A DNA stretch of 64,000 bases, taken from contig OU015566.1 of the NCBI GenBank assembly GCA_907165135.1, positions 6,386,001-6,450,000 of the forward strand, given 5' to 3'. The notes under the pieces were generated by a model. The model did not search any database. It was not told where the DNA came from and worked only from the letters and a program-made list of their open reading frames with translations. Shown piece by piece: positions 12,427 to 25,902 of the stretch. Made by a program: the position numbers and the translations under genes. Positions within the stretch are counted from its first letter, which is position 1, and each line of letters starts with the position of its first letter. The stretch is from Oikopleura dioica (taxonomy: Eukaryota; Animalia; Chordata).

Positions 12427-13352
12427 CAGGGTTCGAAATCACCTCACTTTAGGGTGCACTTTTTGGAAAGTGATCGAAAATGAAATTATCACCTCACCCA
12501 CCTCACCTTTTAATCTTTAAAAAAGACCACTTTGAAGGTGCACCTAAAAGTTCACTTTTTGGGAAATTTTATCACTTTCACTTCACCTTAAACTTTTTTC
12601 AAAAAAGCATTTTGAAGGTGCACCTTAAAGTGCACTTTTTTGGGAAATCACCTCACTTTCACTTATCACTTTTGTCACTTTTTTTGCAAAAGGTGCACTT
12701 TTTATAGAGTAAAAATTCGCGAGATTTTCGGGTGGCTCCACTTTATATCGGCGTTAAAGATTTTGCTGGTAAAGGTAGGGGCATGAGCACGGCAACAAGA
12801 GAAGACTCAATAAAAAGGCTCTGACACTGGGCCTGACCTGAGTCAGAAAGACACGATTAAGTTGCTCATGCTGGGCCAAAGTAAGTAAGAAAGCACTGAA
12901 ACTTCTTGGAACTTTCAAGTTGAAAGGCCAAAGGAGCCTTACTAGAATTATTTGATAATATACATATTAATAACAGGGCTCTAGATTATCTACAAGACAA
13001 AGACATTGAACAAAAACCTGTTTTTGGCTCAACCCACGCCCATGCTTGGTCCGCTTATATCACCTTCACTTCACCCACTTCACCTTAAAATTGTATGAAA
13101 ATTGCTCATTTATGGTGCACCTTAAAGTGCACTTTTTCGCAGAAATCACCTCACCCACCTCACCTTCAATTTTTTTGAAAATAGCATTTTTAAGGTGCAC
13201 CTAAAGGTGCACTTTTTTGGGCGATCACCTCACTTTCACTTCACTTTCAACTTTTGTGACAAAGCGATTTTTAAGGTGCACCTAAAAGTGCACTTTTTTT
13301 GAAAATCACCTCACCTTCACCTCACTTTTTTTGAAGGTGATTTCGAACCCTG
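12427..13352. mobile_element. hAT-type non-autonomous element (926 bp)
   Basis: TIR CAGGGTTCGAAATCACCT / AGGTGATTTCGAACCCTG; perfect 8-bp TSD GCTCTAAT (12419-12426, 13353-13360); subterminal arrays of CACCTCAC and GTGCAC motifs at both ends. Confidence 0.9.
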
Positions 13353-13764
13353 GCTCTAATCTTTTTAAATCCTGGCGATATCTTCTATTATGGCAACAAA
13401 GGGCAATCGTTTATCAACAATGGTTAATATTTAAAAATGATGAATGAATAAAAATTCAGGGAATAAACGCGCCAAAAAGGTTATATTCGAGTGTTGTTAC
13501 AAAGGAGCGGCGGTGTAATCCGGCGACCTGTCGGTTTCGCGAGCACGTCATCGACCGCATTCTTGGAATTTGCATTTAAGCTCACCAAAAAGAATTTTAT
13601 GAAGCTGCACTTTTGAACGCATTCCTGTGGTGGCATTCGATAGAAAATGAATGGTGGAAGTTCCGGTTTTGAATATATTTGGGGAGAAATAGAAATAAAC
13701 CTGAGGTAAATGAATAAACATCTTTATTAAATTTTTGCGTTATTTCCCGGATAAAAGTGCTAAA

Positions 13765-13930
13765 TTTTCGGGGATGTATCTAGACCGACAAGAAAATTTC
13801 GACAAGTTTTGCGTGGAAATTACAAACCAATCAGAAGCCTGAATTCGCCCAACCGACCAATCAGCAGCCGAGTAGCCGCCCACGCAAAATTTGCCGAAAT
13901 TTTTTCTCGGTTCCAGATACCATTCCAAAT
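13765..13930. repeat. Dispersed palindromic repeat with two CCAAT boxes (copy 2, inverted relative to 1857-2030)
   Basis: CCAATCAGAAG..CCAATCAGCAGCCGAGTAGCCGCCCACGCAAAATTTG is nearly the reverse complement of 1900-1970. Confidence 0.65.
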
Positions 13931-14193
13931 TTTCTTCAAAGATGGCGCTTTCCTATATCGGAGCTATTGGTCGGCTAAACTAGGACGATAGGCTATCGTC
14001 TGAAAGAATCGTTTAACCAAATAATTATTTTACGCAAGGAACTCTATCATAAATATCATCTGTTATCTTTGTTTTAATTTTCTATAGCAAGTTACATATC
14101 AGAGATAATTGCTTCTTTTTATGGTGAAAGAGTCGTTTAATCAAATAATTATTTTACGCAAAGGACTCTATATGATCTGTTATCTTTCTTTAA

Positions 14194-14533
14194 GGACCCC
14201 CCCGTCAGCTTTTTTTGAAAAATCAAATCTCGGAATTTTAAAATTTTGACCCCGAAAATGGATTCTACAGGTCAAAAAACGATTTTGAGGCTTCATTTTT
14301 TGGGGGTCTATCTCGACTCCTTCACCCTCAAAATCGCGTTTGAAAATTGGACTTTTCGCCGAAAATTGACGATTTTGGCCTAAAAATCGGCAAAGATACC
14401 GATATTTCTTGGTCAAATCTTCGTCTTTTCAAGTTTTTGAAGCAAATTTAACTTGAAGACACATTAGGAACCAAAAATATGGTGTTCTTAAAAATTTCGA
14501 TTTTTCGGAGAAAAAAGCTGACGGGGGGGGTCC
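14194..14533. mobile_element. TTAA-flanked MITE with GG termini (Kolobok-like), 340 bp
   Basis: TIR GGACCCCCCCGTCAGCTTTTTT / AAAAAAGCTGACGGGGGGGGTCC; TTAA at 14190-14193 and 14534-14537. Confidence 0.85.
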
Positions 14534-14832
14534 TTAACTTTACTAAAGCGAGTTTCATATCGGAGATTATTGGTTCTTCCCACCAAAGATACCCGACTAA
14601 ATCGTGACGACTTGTTCTGCTTAAATTGGGAGGGACCGAGTTGAACCATCTTAATTAGGATGATAGGCTATCTTTTGAGCAGACAATTATTTTACACTTA
14701 GTTTCAAAGAAATATATCATTTGTCATGTTTTAGATTGACCTGATAGGACTCAGCAGCGCTCTTTATAATTTTCTAAAATGCGAAATAAAAGCGAGTTCT
14801 CTCGTAAGATCTGCAATCCAAACGAAAAAAGC

Positions 14833-15108
14833 ATGCTCCTAAAAGGTTTCCTTCAAAGCCTTCTCCCGTTTGTCGTATTTGGCGACGGGATCAGCCACCA
14901 GCGATACATCAACAACGCTTTCAACCATATTTCAACTAATATCGACTATCAAATGGGGAGACGAACGAATCCAGCAATGGGCTACTTCGGCAACGGCAAT
15001 GCTCGACTCATTTACCGTAGGCCAAACCGAAAAAATCGCTTTGGAGCTAGTCGATCTTCTCTTCGAAATCAAATGCGATTTTCCTACAGAAATAGGATGA
15101 ATGAGTGA
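14833..15108 (+). CDS. Possible small secreted Arg/Asn-rich peptide precursor (91 aa)
   Basis: MLLKGFLQSLLPFVVFG hydrophobic start; internal G-R-R; followed by AT-rich sequence with AATAAA. No homology recognised. Confidence 0.4.
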   Translation: MLLKGFLQSLLPFVVFGDGISHQRYINNAFNHISTNIDYQMGRRTNPAMGYFGNGNARLIYRRPNRKNRFGASRSSLRNQMRFSYRNRMNE

Positions 15109-15244
15109 TTAATAGTTTCTTTAATTGAGTTTATAAAAAATAGAATAAAATTGATGTCCAAAAAAAATTAAAATAAAAAATATAACAATAAAAAATATCT
15201 TTCTGTAAAGTTGACGTTGGTAATTAATTGAATCGTATAATTTG

Positions 15245-15656
15245 TTTCGACTAGTTTCGCACGGTCAGGTCCATCATCAGGCATAATTTAAATAACAAAA
15301 GAACAGAAAAAGTGAACTCACTTTGACAGGGACCGAAGTCCAAGTGACGAAATAGTGGGAATTTAGCAGAGGTATAGCGTAAGTCTACAAAAGAAAGGCG
15401 CGCGGTTCTCGAAAAATATAATCGCAGATCTAGAGAATACTGACTCATTACCCCCAGATCTGCGATTATATTTTTCGAGAACAGCGCGCCTTTCTTTTTT
15501 AGACTTTTGCTGTACCTCTGCTAAATTTCCACTATTTCGTCACTTGGACTTCGGTCCCTGTCAAAGTAAGTTCACTATCTCCGTTCTTTTGTTATTTAAT
15601 TTAAACGGCTAAACTTTAGCCTAATGATCGACCTGACCGTCCGAAACTAGTGGAAA
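15245..15656. repeat. Long fold-back inverted repeat (arms about 190-200 bp, 24-nt loop)
   Basis: 15245-15431 is the reverse complement of 15456-15656 with scattered mismatches and one indel; loop 15432-15455. Confidence 0.9.
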
Positions 15657-15965
15657 TAAATTTTACGATTTAATTTATAAAGAAATATAAAATAAAAAAA
15701 TAATAAAAACAAAAAATTTCCAATTAAAAAAAAATATTTAAAAAATCTGTAAAAATTCAAAAGAATTATTATAAAAAAAAAATTAAAAAAAATGAAAAAA
15801 TTTAAAAATAAATAAATACAAAAAAAAATAAAAGTACAAAAAATCAAAATATTCAATTGAAAAATATGCAATATAAAAATAAAAACAAAGGAACTTCGAA
15901 ATAATTCAAAAATAAAACAGAAAATAAAAAAAACACTGAAAAAACACTGTTAAATTCAATAAAAA
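15657..15965. repeat. A-rich low-complexity tract
   Basis: Almost only A/T runs. A similar tract at 15125-15200 lies on the other side of the hairpin. Confidence 0.8.
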
Positions 15966-18900
15966 ATCTGTTAATAAAATGTACATATGTATATATGTAA
16001 ATAGATAATTCGTTGAGTTATTTTGCTGGAATATCCAAATTTTGGATTTATTCATTATGGCGCAGAACTAAGTGTACTTCTATGTGAGACAATTTGACCA
16101 GAGAAAAAGCCGCTTGTACTATTCATTTACGTGTAAGCCGCTTTAGCTAGAAAGAGAAACCACGTGTAGTGCGGCGTCGGGCCTTCGATGTGAATCTACG
16201 AAGTGCTTTGGGAAAGCCACTTGTCCGATTCATATCGTTGCCTCCTTTTCTGGAATTGGAGCTCCCTATCAATATGACTTTCTTTCGCTGGGCCGCTTAT
16301 CAGCAGCACCAAGATAATCCCGAGCCACGAGTATAAATACAGGGACAAGAAATGGCACTTTCAGGAAAAGGGGTTTACCAGCCTCGCCACAAACAAGGTT
16401 CAAGAGAGTAAGCGGAAGCTTCTATTTTGCTCCTTTTTTATTTTCCTCATGAGCTTGTCAGTGAGCAACGGCTTTGGAATGCTCCGCAACTTGTTGCAGG
16501 TGCATAACTGAAGGGATTGGCGCTTGATTAGTAGTGGACCCGTGAGGTCCAGAATTTTACTTTTTGCAAATCGCGGAATTGCTCGGCACGTCGCTCAATT
16601 TGCTCGAACACGAGAATTTTATCCGAGCCACATGACTCGATTTCCGAAAAAAATGATGCGAAATGCATTTCGCGGACTTCAAAAATGGATGTAAAAAGAG
16701 CAAAAAGAAAAAATACCGTTATTACAAAACTTCTGTAAGAACAAAAAACGGATACGACCATAATGCCTGTAGATTGTCATGTTCCACGTTTTGTACGAAT
16801 TCGTGCTAGCATGGAGTTATCTACTTGAATCCGCTTATTTTCAACTCGGCACGTAACCAGTATCAGGGACCCAAAAAACTTGTATCACAAGATTCAGACA
16901 TTTTTTTGCCCAACATTTTCCGTCACACTGCAGGATCAAAATCCTAAATTGTCGATTTCTGCGATTTGATTGGCGTACAATGAGATTTTTCTTGAAAAAC
17001 GAGGTCAAAAGTGACGAATCAATCACTTTCAATTCGCGCCCAAGAGTTGTTGCTCAGTTCAACCGCGAAAGTTTTCACCAGTCATTCTCGACCAATGCTT
17101 TTAATTTTTTAATTTCCTGAAAAGAAGCGAAAGCTTTTTTTTTGTTTAAAACTTAGCCACAAAGAATAAACTTTGGGTGTCTTTTGAAACCTGCGTTGCA
17201 AATCGGTTTTATTGCACGCGATTGTATATGGACTTTCTTATGCGTAAAGGGGATGGACGTAATTGAGCCGTGTGGACAGGTGGAGACAGCTGGATGAACA
17301 GGCAACTTGCCATTCATTCAGTTTGATTCCCGATTCTCGAAAATCGTGCTTGATGAACGCGTGTTTCCAAAGCGACTCCGGTTCGGAAAAATGTGATTTC
17401 GAATACTTAAAACTAAGAGTTACCGCAATTGTCGACCTTTTTTTCTTTTTTGGACGGCCGAATCTCTACCATAGCTCATTGATCCTTTAAAAATTTAAGT
17501 TGACTAAAATAAATAAAAGTTAATTAATAGAAAAATATGCATTGAAATCAAATTAGAAAGCGACTTGATGACCTTGAGAGATCCAGTTTGGCGCAAAGAT
17601 GTAACCTAGGTGGTGCTATCTAGAACGACCGCAGAGTTATTCGAGCAGCATGAGATAAGACTTGACCGAGCTGATAGCAATCAGCCACCATTTTATTCTG
17701 ATCATCAGCGCTTTTAGAATCGAGAATTGTCCAGCTTCACATTTTCGCAATTAGAAGTGTTTCAAAGAAGTCATTTATAGTGAAAAGAAAAGGTTCGAGA
17801 CATTTTCCAAAAAAGTGGTTAATATGCCCTTCTACCGTGATGATGACCCTTGAGGTTAATTTCTCAAGTGTCTCTTACAGTCAATAAGCCCCTTTACTTC
17901 CTCGCTAGCTTCGTGAGAAAAAGTCTTGTCTTTTCGGAAATGAGGCCGTGTCAGAGCGGATTGTTTTCATAAAAGCGATCATCCGAATCAGTTTAGCCGC
18001 AATAGCACTTGAAATAAGTAGCTTCTCCCTACTTTTTCAATTACTACCAGTAGTCAGCTTGTTTTTTGTTTCCGCATAAATCCTGAGTAAAAAGCGAGAT
18101 AATAAGGTGACCACATGAGCGCGCGAATTATGAGCCACAAAATATTCAACCACAAGAAGATGCCCAAGAAAGGCCGATTATTTATCTCATTCAGAAGAAT
18201 TCGCAGCACGATTGCGATTTTAATGCTGTAAATTATTTGCTCAAGGCATATTTCAACCAATAAGAGCTCTTCAGAACATCCATAGATGGCGCAATAAAAC
18301 GGCACTTTGCTGAGCCAATCAAAAGCCTGGAATCTTTAACAGGTGGCGCTGTTGTAGTGATGATCGATTTAATCCAATCATAGGGCATTATCCATTGCTC
18401 AACGCAAATCTTGCCGTTATTTCGCAATCAAACAGTAGAAAGTCTGTCCGGAAATGCCCAAGAATCGCCTGTTTGGAAAGATTTTTTGGGGAAAAACTTG
18501 GCCGCGCCCGTTGTAGAAACGATTGCTGGACGACGTGTTCAAATAACTCTTTCCGGCGAAAATGCAAAGGCCTGCCATGTCTCCAACTGGCAACTTGGGC
18601 ATTTGAGGGGATGGCGCTAGAATTGAGCATAAAATACGTGTCCCCAAGTGTTGACGCAAGAAGCTGATTTAGAACCCGTTCTGACTCTGTATTCCTCGGT
18701 AGAAGAATCGAAAATATTTGCACAAAAAATCGTTTTTCCAAATTCAAAAAACATATTTTCATATCATTCCCAGAAATGATACTTGACCAAAATCCACGTC
18801 TCAGGCATCTCATTTTACCTGAACTGAGCGTTTTTTATCAATTTGGCGCTCTAGAATTTCCGTAATAACTATTCTTAACGCTCAAATTTCGAGCGAAGGG

Positions 18901-21018
18901 AATGGATCAACAATTAAAGTTGCTTTTTTGGGGCTGGAAATGTTCGGAAAAGGCTCAATTGAGTGTCGAAAAAAGGATGATTCCGATCCAAATTGAATTT
19001 TATTTCTTAGGCGCCACTGTTGCCAGATGTGAAAAGGGGATTGCCCGAATGACACGTGGAAAAACCGAAACTACAACAAAATCGCTAGAATACAAGAAAG
19101 AAAATGCCGTGAACCAAATGTCCGGGCAAAGAGGATCAAAACAACCGTGGCGACGAAATAAAGTTGCTTCACGTGAATTATGCGCCTGATCTCGTTGGAA
19201 AACGAGTATGTTTCGTTGTAGGGGAGAACAAGTTAGTTTTTCGTACGTAACGCGTTATTATGAAACATGGTTTTTGCTATTTACGATGCAAATCAAAGAG
19301 CTTTTCAAGTTGAGCGAAAAGTCGGCAAAATATTTTTGACACGTCAATTCGAAAAAAAACATGATTTTATCATGAATAACCATGATTTTAGGTTCTCCGA
19401 TTTTGCCTTATAAATCCTGTTTTTAAGGGTATACATGGTAAAACGGCATATGTTGGTGCAGAGCTTTGATGAATATAAAATTTGGCTAGACAAAATAAAG
19501 GGTATCAAGTTTGCTTTGGCAATTATTAAGGCTTGACTAGGGGATAATCGTTATTCATTAAAATTGAGTTTGAGTTACAGTAGCTCTGGTAGACAGTAGA
19601 ACGCGCGGCCTGAAAATTTTATCACGCGGTTTCGGTTTGGGATTAGTGGCTTGCGAGGCTGCTGGATCTAACGGGATTTGAGCGTTGAGATGATCACCTG
19701 GCCGACGTGGCCGCCTCATCCCTTGCTGTGAAATTTTCTAATTTTTTCAATCACCACCTCGCGGTCTCATCCCATCAGAGTACCGGTCATTTCACAATCT
19801 CGTAATCTACACATATTCATTCAACGGCGACGAAGATTATTACGAATTACGAGAAAAGCTCGAAAATAAGCAGCTCAGAGTTAGGCTTAGGGCTAAGGCT
19901 AGGGTCAGGGTTAGGGTTTGAATACGAAAAAAACACCGCAACTTATAAAAAAACCAGAATCGTTGTTATAAGCTCCAGAACGAAATGCTCTTATCTAGGA
20001 CTCCTGAAAATCTTCCAGTTTCCAGCCAAAACAGAAAATGTGTTAGCTTATATTTCCAAAATTCGTGCTTCTTTTATGTATAATTCTCCTGCTGCATGAT
20101 GATTATTTTGAGTTGACTATGGCATGTTCCGTTGAATTAACTGCTGAACTTTTCTTTTCATTTTTCCAATTTTAAAGATTAGAAAATTTTAAATTAAACA
20201 GAGCTCTATTTCATCCACAAGCAGGAGGTCACGAGTTTGATGACCTGGCTTGTTTAGGTTCCAGGCGTCTTCACGTAAAACCGCGGCTTTGAAACGTTTC
20301 CTTTTTGTTTTGTTGTATAATAAATGGCTGTTATTCCTGAATAAAAATAGCTGCTACGTCAGACACTTGCTAAACATAGCCTCTAATCCCCAAACAGGCG
20401 GCTGTGATTACAATTGTGACCCGAAACAGATCTTGCTAAATCCACTCGTAAATATCTAAAAACCACACTTAGGATATGAAGCCTGATAAGAGTTTAATTG
20501 TGGCCGTATGTAACAGACCATTTCTCTTCCTGGTAATTGGAGGCCTTATCGAGCTCACTTCCAGAAATAGAAATATTCTTATCGCTAAGCTAGGCAATTT
20601 ATCTCGAGTTTATCTGACGGGCAAGAAATAAAGCTCACTCAGTATGAAAAAAAATTTTTTTTCAAAGAAGTCAAAATTCACTTTTGTCAAAATTCAACGA
20701 ATATGGTAAAATTTTTGCTGATAATCACAAATTTGTGCTACTAAAATCATTCATATTTATCACTCACGGCTTGGCGAGGCACTTGTCTAGTTGTCAAACT
20801 ATAAAATAAATGTAACATTTATAGTTCTTGATATATATATAACGATCCATAATTTTCAAGTCTGCCGGATAGACAACCCGACAACGCCAGGGTTGCTCTA
20901 ATCCACCCACAAAAACTCTTCGAGAAATTATTTAAAGACTATAACATATAATTAATAGACCATAATTTGCGGCGCATAAAACCGATCATTCTCAAGGAAT
21001 TTTCATCAGATCAACAAA

Positions 21019-21340
21019 ATGAGAGAGGCTCTTCTGGTCGGTTTTCTGGTCGGTTTTGTCCAGACTGCCGCCCCGCATCAACAATTTCTCGACTTCTGGA
21101 GCGATCTTGACGATATCGTATCCGACCTTGTCCATCCTCGATACCGGCTTTCCAGAAAATGGGCGATAAAGATTTCAAAAAAGTACAGAAATACCAAAAA
21201 AATGGTGCAATTTTACAACAATGATGAAGATTGCGGTGCGACTCATGAAAATGTCGAGATGCACGTTTTCGACGAGTTGAAAACTCCTGGTGAAAACATT
21301 GGACTTTTAGCGGGAATGATTGAGAATTGGATACAGGAAG
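21019..21340 (+). CDS. Signal-peptide exon, probable 5' end of the mucin-lectin gene (link not proven)
   Basis: MREALLVGFLVGFVQTAA signal-like start. The exon path to 21536 could not be resolved with certainty. Confidence 0.5.
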
Positions 21341-21535
21341 CGTTAATTTATTTTCCTTTCAATTTTAAAACTAAGAAACTCGAAAGACCACTTCATTAAC
21401 GCCTATAAAGTCCTACGTCTGCATTGAAGCGTGCGATCAAATAGAGATTTTTAGAAAATCTCGAAAATCTTTGATTTGGGCTCAAAAAACAGATTATATT
21501 TCTTACTCTAAAAATTAATTTGCGAACCCATACTA

Positions 21536-24500
21536 GTCGAGACTAAAGAAGATCGCACTCGTGGATGAGCTGAACGATCGGCCCCTCAGAGTTTTTTCAT
21601 CTCCAGACGATCTTGATTTCACCGAAGCAGCGGCTTACTGTTATCTTGAAAATGGTTGGCTTGCCGATCCATTTTTCGAGCACGAATTCCAACTGGTGAG
21701 TCTTGATTCCGAGACTCCTCCTTCAAGATTTTTATAGATTGAGTCGTACTACGATCCATCGAAAACATACTGGTTTAACCGTCGTCGTCCAGACGTGTGT
21801 GCCACAATAACTCACGATAGAATATTTTCTAATACTAACTGCAAGGAGAAACATTTTGCAATTTGCATGGCCGGTCAAAGAAAAATTGAACCACCGACGG
21901 GTTCTTCTCCGATTACTGATCCTCAGGTAAAATTTAATTTGTTCAAAATAAAAATCGCTTTTATTCATTCAGCATAACTCAACAACAACTACAACGACCT
22001 TGACAACTACGACAACAACAACCTCGAGAGCAACTACTTCAACGACTTCGACAACAACTACGGCAACAACGACAACTGCGACAACTACGACGACAACAAC
22101 TACTACAACTTCTACCACTACGACAACTTCGACAACAACTACCACAACTTCGAAAACTACGACAGCTGAGACAACTACGACACCGGCAACAACGACAACT
22201 GAAACAACGACAACTACAACAACAACAACTGAAACAACGACAACTACAACAACGACAACGACAACTACGACAACAACGACATCTTCTACAACGACAACTT
22301 TGACAACTTCGACAACTTCGACAACTACGACAACCACGACAACTTCGACAACTACGACAGCTTCGACAACTACGACACCGACAACTACAATAACTACAAC
22401 TACAAAAACAACAACAGCGACACCTACGACAATAACGACTACTTCTACAACGACAACTTCGACAACAACGACAATTTCGACAACAACTACGACAACAACA
22501 ACTACGACAACCACGACAACGACAATTACGACAACAACGACTTCTTCTACAACGACAACAATTTCTAAGTGCCCGATTCACTCGTTGAACACAATGAAAG
22601 AATGTTCCATGATTACAGATTGTGATCCTCTTACCCCACAACAAAATAATCTCATCGCTACGAAAAATGCCACTCTCTATTCTACTATAAGTGTTGATGT
22701 TTTTTGCGATAACGCTCTGCCGTTGGGGACTTGGAGAAACATTTTGCGGGTGACTAATGGAGAGCATGTAGGCGGCATCGGTAACCGATTTTTTGGAATA
22801 TGGAGGAAAAACAACAACCCTCAACTTGAAATACAAATAAGTCATCCAACTTCTTCTGGAAAATACAAGTACACTAACGTGTGGTGCAACCAGGGAGAGT
22901 GGAGCACCTATACTTTCGAGCTCAAACCTTTCCCCGGCGATGATGAGATTCTTGCTTATTCTGTGAAAAAAGACGGAATGGAGTTGATGAGTGGCTTATA
23001 TCACGTTTGGGGCGCCTACTCTTCTGGTGATCTATATTTTTATGTCAGTGATCCTTGGTCATCTGATGTTGGATCATCATATCTCGTCAAGAATTTCTTT
23101 TTCTGCGATGACACAACGCAAGAAACATCAAAGACTTCATCAACTACAACAACCACAACCACAACGACTACAACAACGACAACGACAACCACGACGACAA
23201 CGACTACTTCTACAACGACAACATCAACAACCACGACAACAACGACAACTTCGACAACCACGACAACTTCGACAACCACGACAACTACGACAACAACGAC
23301 AACTACGACAACAACGACAACTACGACAACTACAACAACTTCGACAACTACGACAACAACCGAAACTTCAACCGAGATCTTACCAACTACGACGGTGACG
23401 ACAACGACCACTCCAAAATGCCCTTTGAGCTTGAGTTACTCTGCGCCTGAGTGTTCTACGATTGTTGATTGCGATCCTATCGCGCCACAAAAGAACAACC
23501 TCATCGCGACGAAAACTGCGGCTCTTCACTTCAGTATTAGTGTTGATGTTTTTTGCGATAACGCTTTTCCTCTTGGGAACTATAAAAATATTTTACATGT
23601 GACAAATGGAGCAAACAAGGGAAGCATAGGCAACCGAGTCTTTGTAATGTGGAGAAAAATCGACAGTTCTGAAATTATCATTCATATAAGTCATCCGACT
23701 TACCACTCTGAAAAGTGGAAAAATGTATTTGTTCCATGCAATCAGGGAGAATGGAACACCTACACCCTGGAACTACAGCCTGATGCTGGCGATGAAGGAA
23801 AAGTAGCATATTCAGTCAAGAAAGACGGACAAGTGTTGATGGATGGCTCTTACGGCATTTCAGGCGCCTATTCTTTTGGTCCACTATACTTTTATGGCAG
23901 TGATCCGTGGTATGACGAAGGATCATCATATCTTATCAAGAATTTTTTTTACTGCGAATCAATAACTACAACTTCAACGACTACTACAACTACAACAACC
24001 ACAACCACAACGACTACAACAACGACTACACCAACGACAACCACTACAAAAACGACAACCACGACGACAACGACTACTTCTACAACGACAACATCATCAA
24101 CCACGACAACAACGACAACAACTACGACAACTTCTACAACAACGACAACCTCGACAACAACTACGACAACTTCGACAACTACGACACGAACTACGACAAC
24201 AACCACACCGAAAACTTGCGTTGGTTTCCTAAACATGGGCGAAACTAAAGTCAACTTCGAGACAGCAAAGGCTAATTGCATCGCAATCGGAGGGCAATTG
24301 GCCTATTTCGATAACAATGATGAGCTAGCGGCATACAACGCGATCAAACCAACTCGGAATGAGTGGCTCGGAATCCGACGCGGAAGCGATAACAAATGGT
24401 ATAACGTTATCGGTGCTGAAGCGTCTATTTACACTTGGGCAGATGGTGAGCCCAACAATTCTGGTGGCGTCGAAAAATGCGTTGAGAGCTACGAGTCGCT

Positions 24501-25902
24501 CCTTTGGAATGATTCTGGCTGCAGCAATTTGAAGCACTACCACTGCCGTATTGAAAAAATCGTCCCGGCTAATCAACAATGTCAAACTGAGATGAAAGCG
24601 TGCACTGAATTCCGAAACATGGGCGAAGCAAAGGCCAACTTCGACACAGCGAGAGATAACTGTAATGCAGAAGGAGGTCACCTTCCCTTCTTCTTCAATA
24701 AAGAAGAGCTCGGAGACTACAAAGCAGGCAAATCATACCGAACTGAGTGGATCGGAATCTATCGTAACAGCAACAACAACTGGGTCACTATGACCGGCGG
24801 TGATATCCCCTTTACTGAGTGGGCAGATAACCAGCCCGACAATGGTGGCGGTGTCGAAGCCTGCGGAGAGATGAGGCTTGAATACGACAATCGGTGGAAT
24901 GACCGTCGTTGTGAGGTCGAGCAATCGTACTCCTGCCGTTTCGATACAGTAGTACCAGCTGATCAACAATGTCAAGCAACGAAAACATGCACGGAGTTCC
25001 GAAGCATGAGCGGAACAGCGACTTTTGACTCCGCAAAAGCAAATTGCGCTTCAATCGGAGGAACTCTTCCCTTTTTCAATAACAAGGCTGAGTACCATTC
25101 TTACAAGGCCATAAATCCAAATCGGCGAGAGTGGATCGGAGTTGTTCGAGGGTCGACCTACGCCTGGGAAACTCCAAGCGGTGCTCCAGTCGCCTTTTAC
25201 CATTGGTCCTCTAACGAGCCAAATAACTCTGGTGGTGTCGAAGATTGCGTCGAAATGAGGAGCGACAACAAGTGGAATGATGTAAGATGCTCCTACTCAA
25301 ATTACTACACTTGCCGTATCGATACCGAAGTCCCAGTTGATCAACAGTGTACGAAATGTTCGACTAGCTCAACTTTTTCGACACAAGAATGTTCTACGAT
25401 CATTGATTGTGAACCCCGCGCTCCACAAAGAAATAATCTCCTGACAACAAAAACTGCAGCACTTCATTTTAGTATCAGTGTCGATGTTTTCTGCGAGAAC
25501 GCTCATCCTTTCGATGGTTCGAAAAATATTATTCGCGTCGGCAATGGTAATGCCAACGTAGGAAATATCGGTGACAGGGTCTTCGCAATCTGGAGATATA
25601 GACACGATGAAAGATTGTATATCGCAATTTATCATCCAGATTTATACCGCTATGAGAGAACAATTGCTGTTCCATGCAATCAAGGCGACTGGAGCACGTA
25701 CACTTTGACACTCACAGCAGCAGAAGACGACGACAATAAAGTCGAGTATTCAGTCAAGCAAGACGGGAACGAGCTGATGGGTGGCTCTTACGGTATTTCA
25801 GGCGCCTATTCTTCCGGTGAACTTAAATTTTACGCGAGTGATCCGTGGCATGCTGAAGGATCATCATATCTGGTCAAGAATTTCTTTTACTGCGTTGATT
25901 AA
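21536..25902 (+). CDS. Large secreted mucin-like protein: degenerate CTLD, three Thr-rich tracts, three LamG/ConA-like repeats, three C-type lectin domains
   Basis: Exons about 21536-21695, 21738-21926 and 21973-25902 (GT-AG, last exon in frame with the 1300-aa ORF). CTLDs carry W..EPN/QPD..C..WND..C motifs at about 24217-24550, 24600-24940 and 24988-25320. A 170-aa domain is repeated at about 22570-23106, 23419-23955 and 25390-25896. Confidence 0.9.

Noticed and set aside
2656-13991. ORFs such as 2656..2853, 7422..7652, 10317..10517, 12480..12707, 1818..2120 and 13809..13991
   Set aside because: They fall inside MITEs or dispersed repeats and show no coding signature.
18054-18813. Cluster of overlapping minus-strand ORFs, one hydrophobic
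   Set aside because: No consistent exon chain or homology could be built by eye.
21969-24281. Poly-Val and Cys/Arg-rich ORFs (21969..22514, 22039..22845, 23040..23411, 23949..24281, 22991..23398)
   Set aside because: Antisense or alternate-frame shadows of the ACN Thr repeats.
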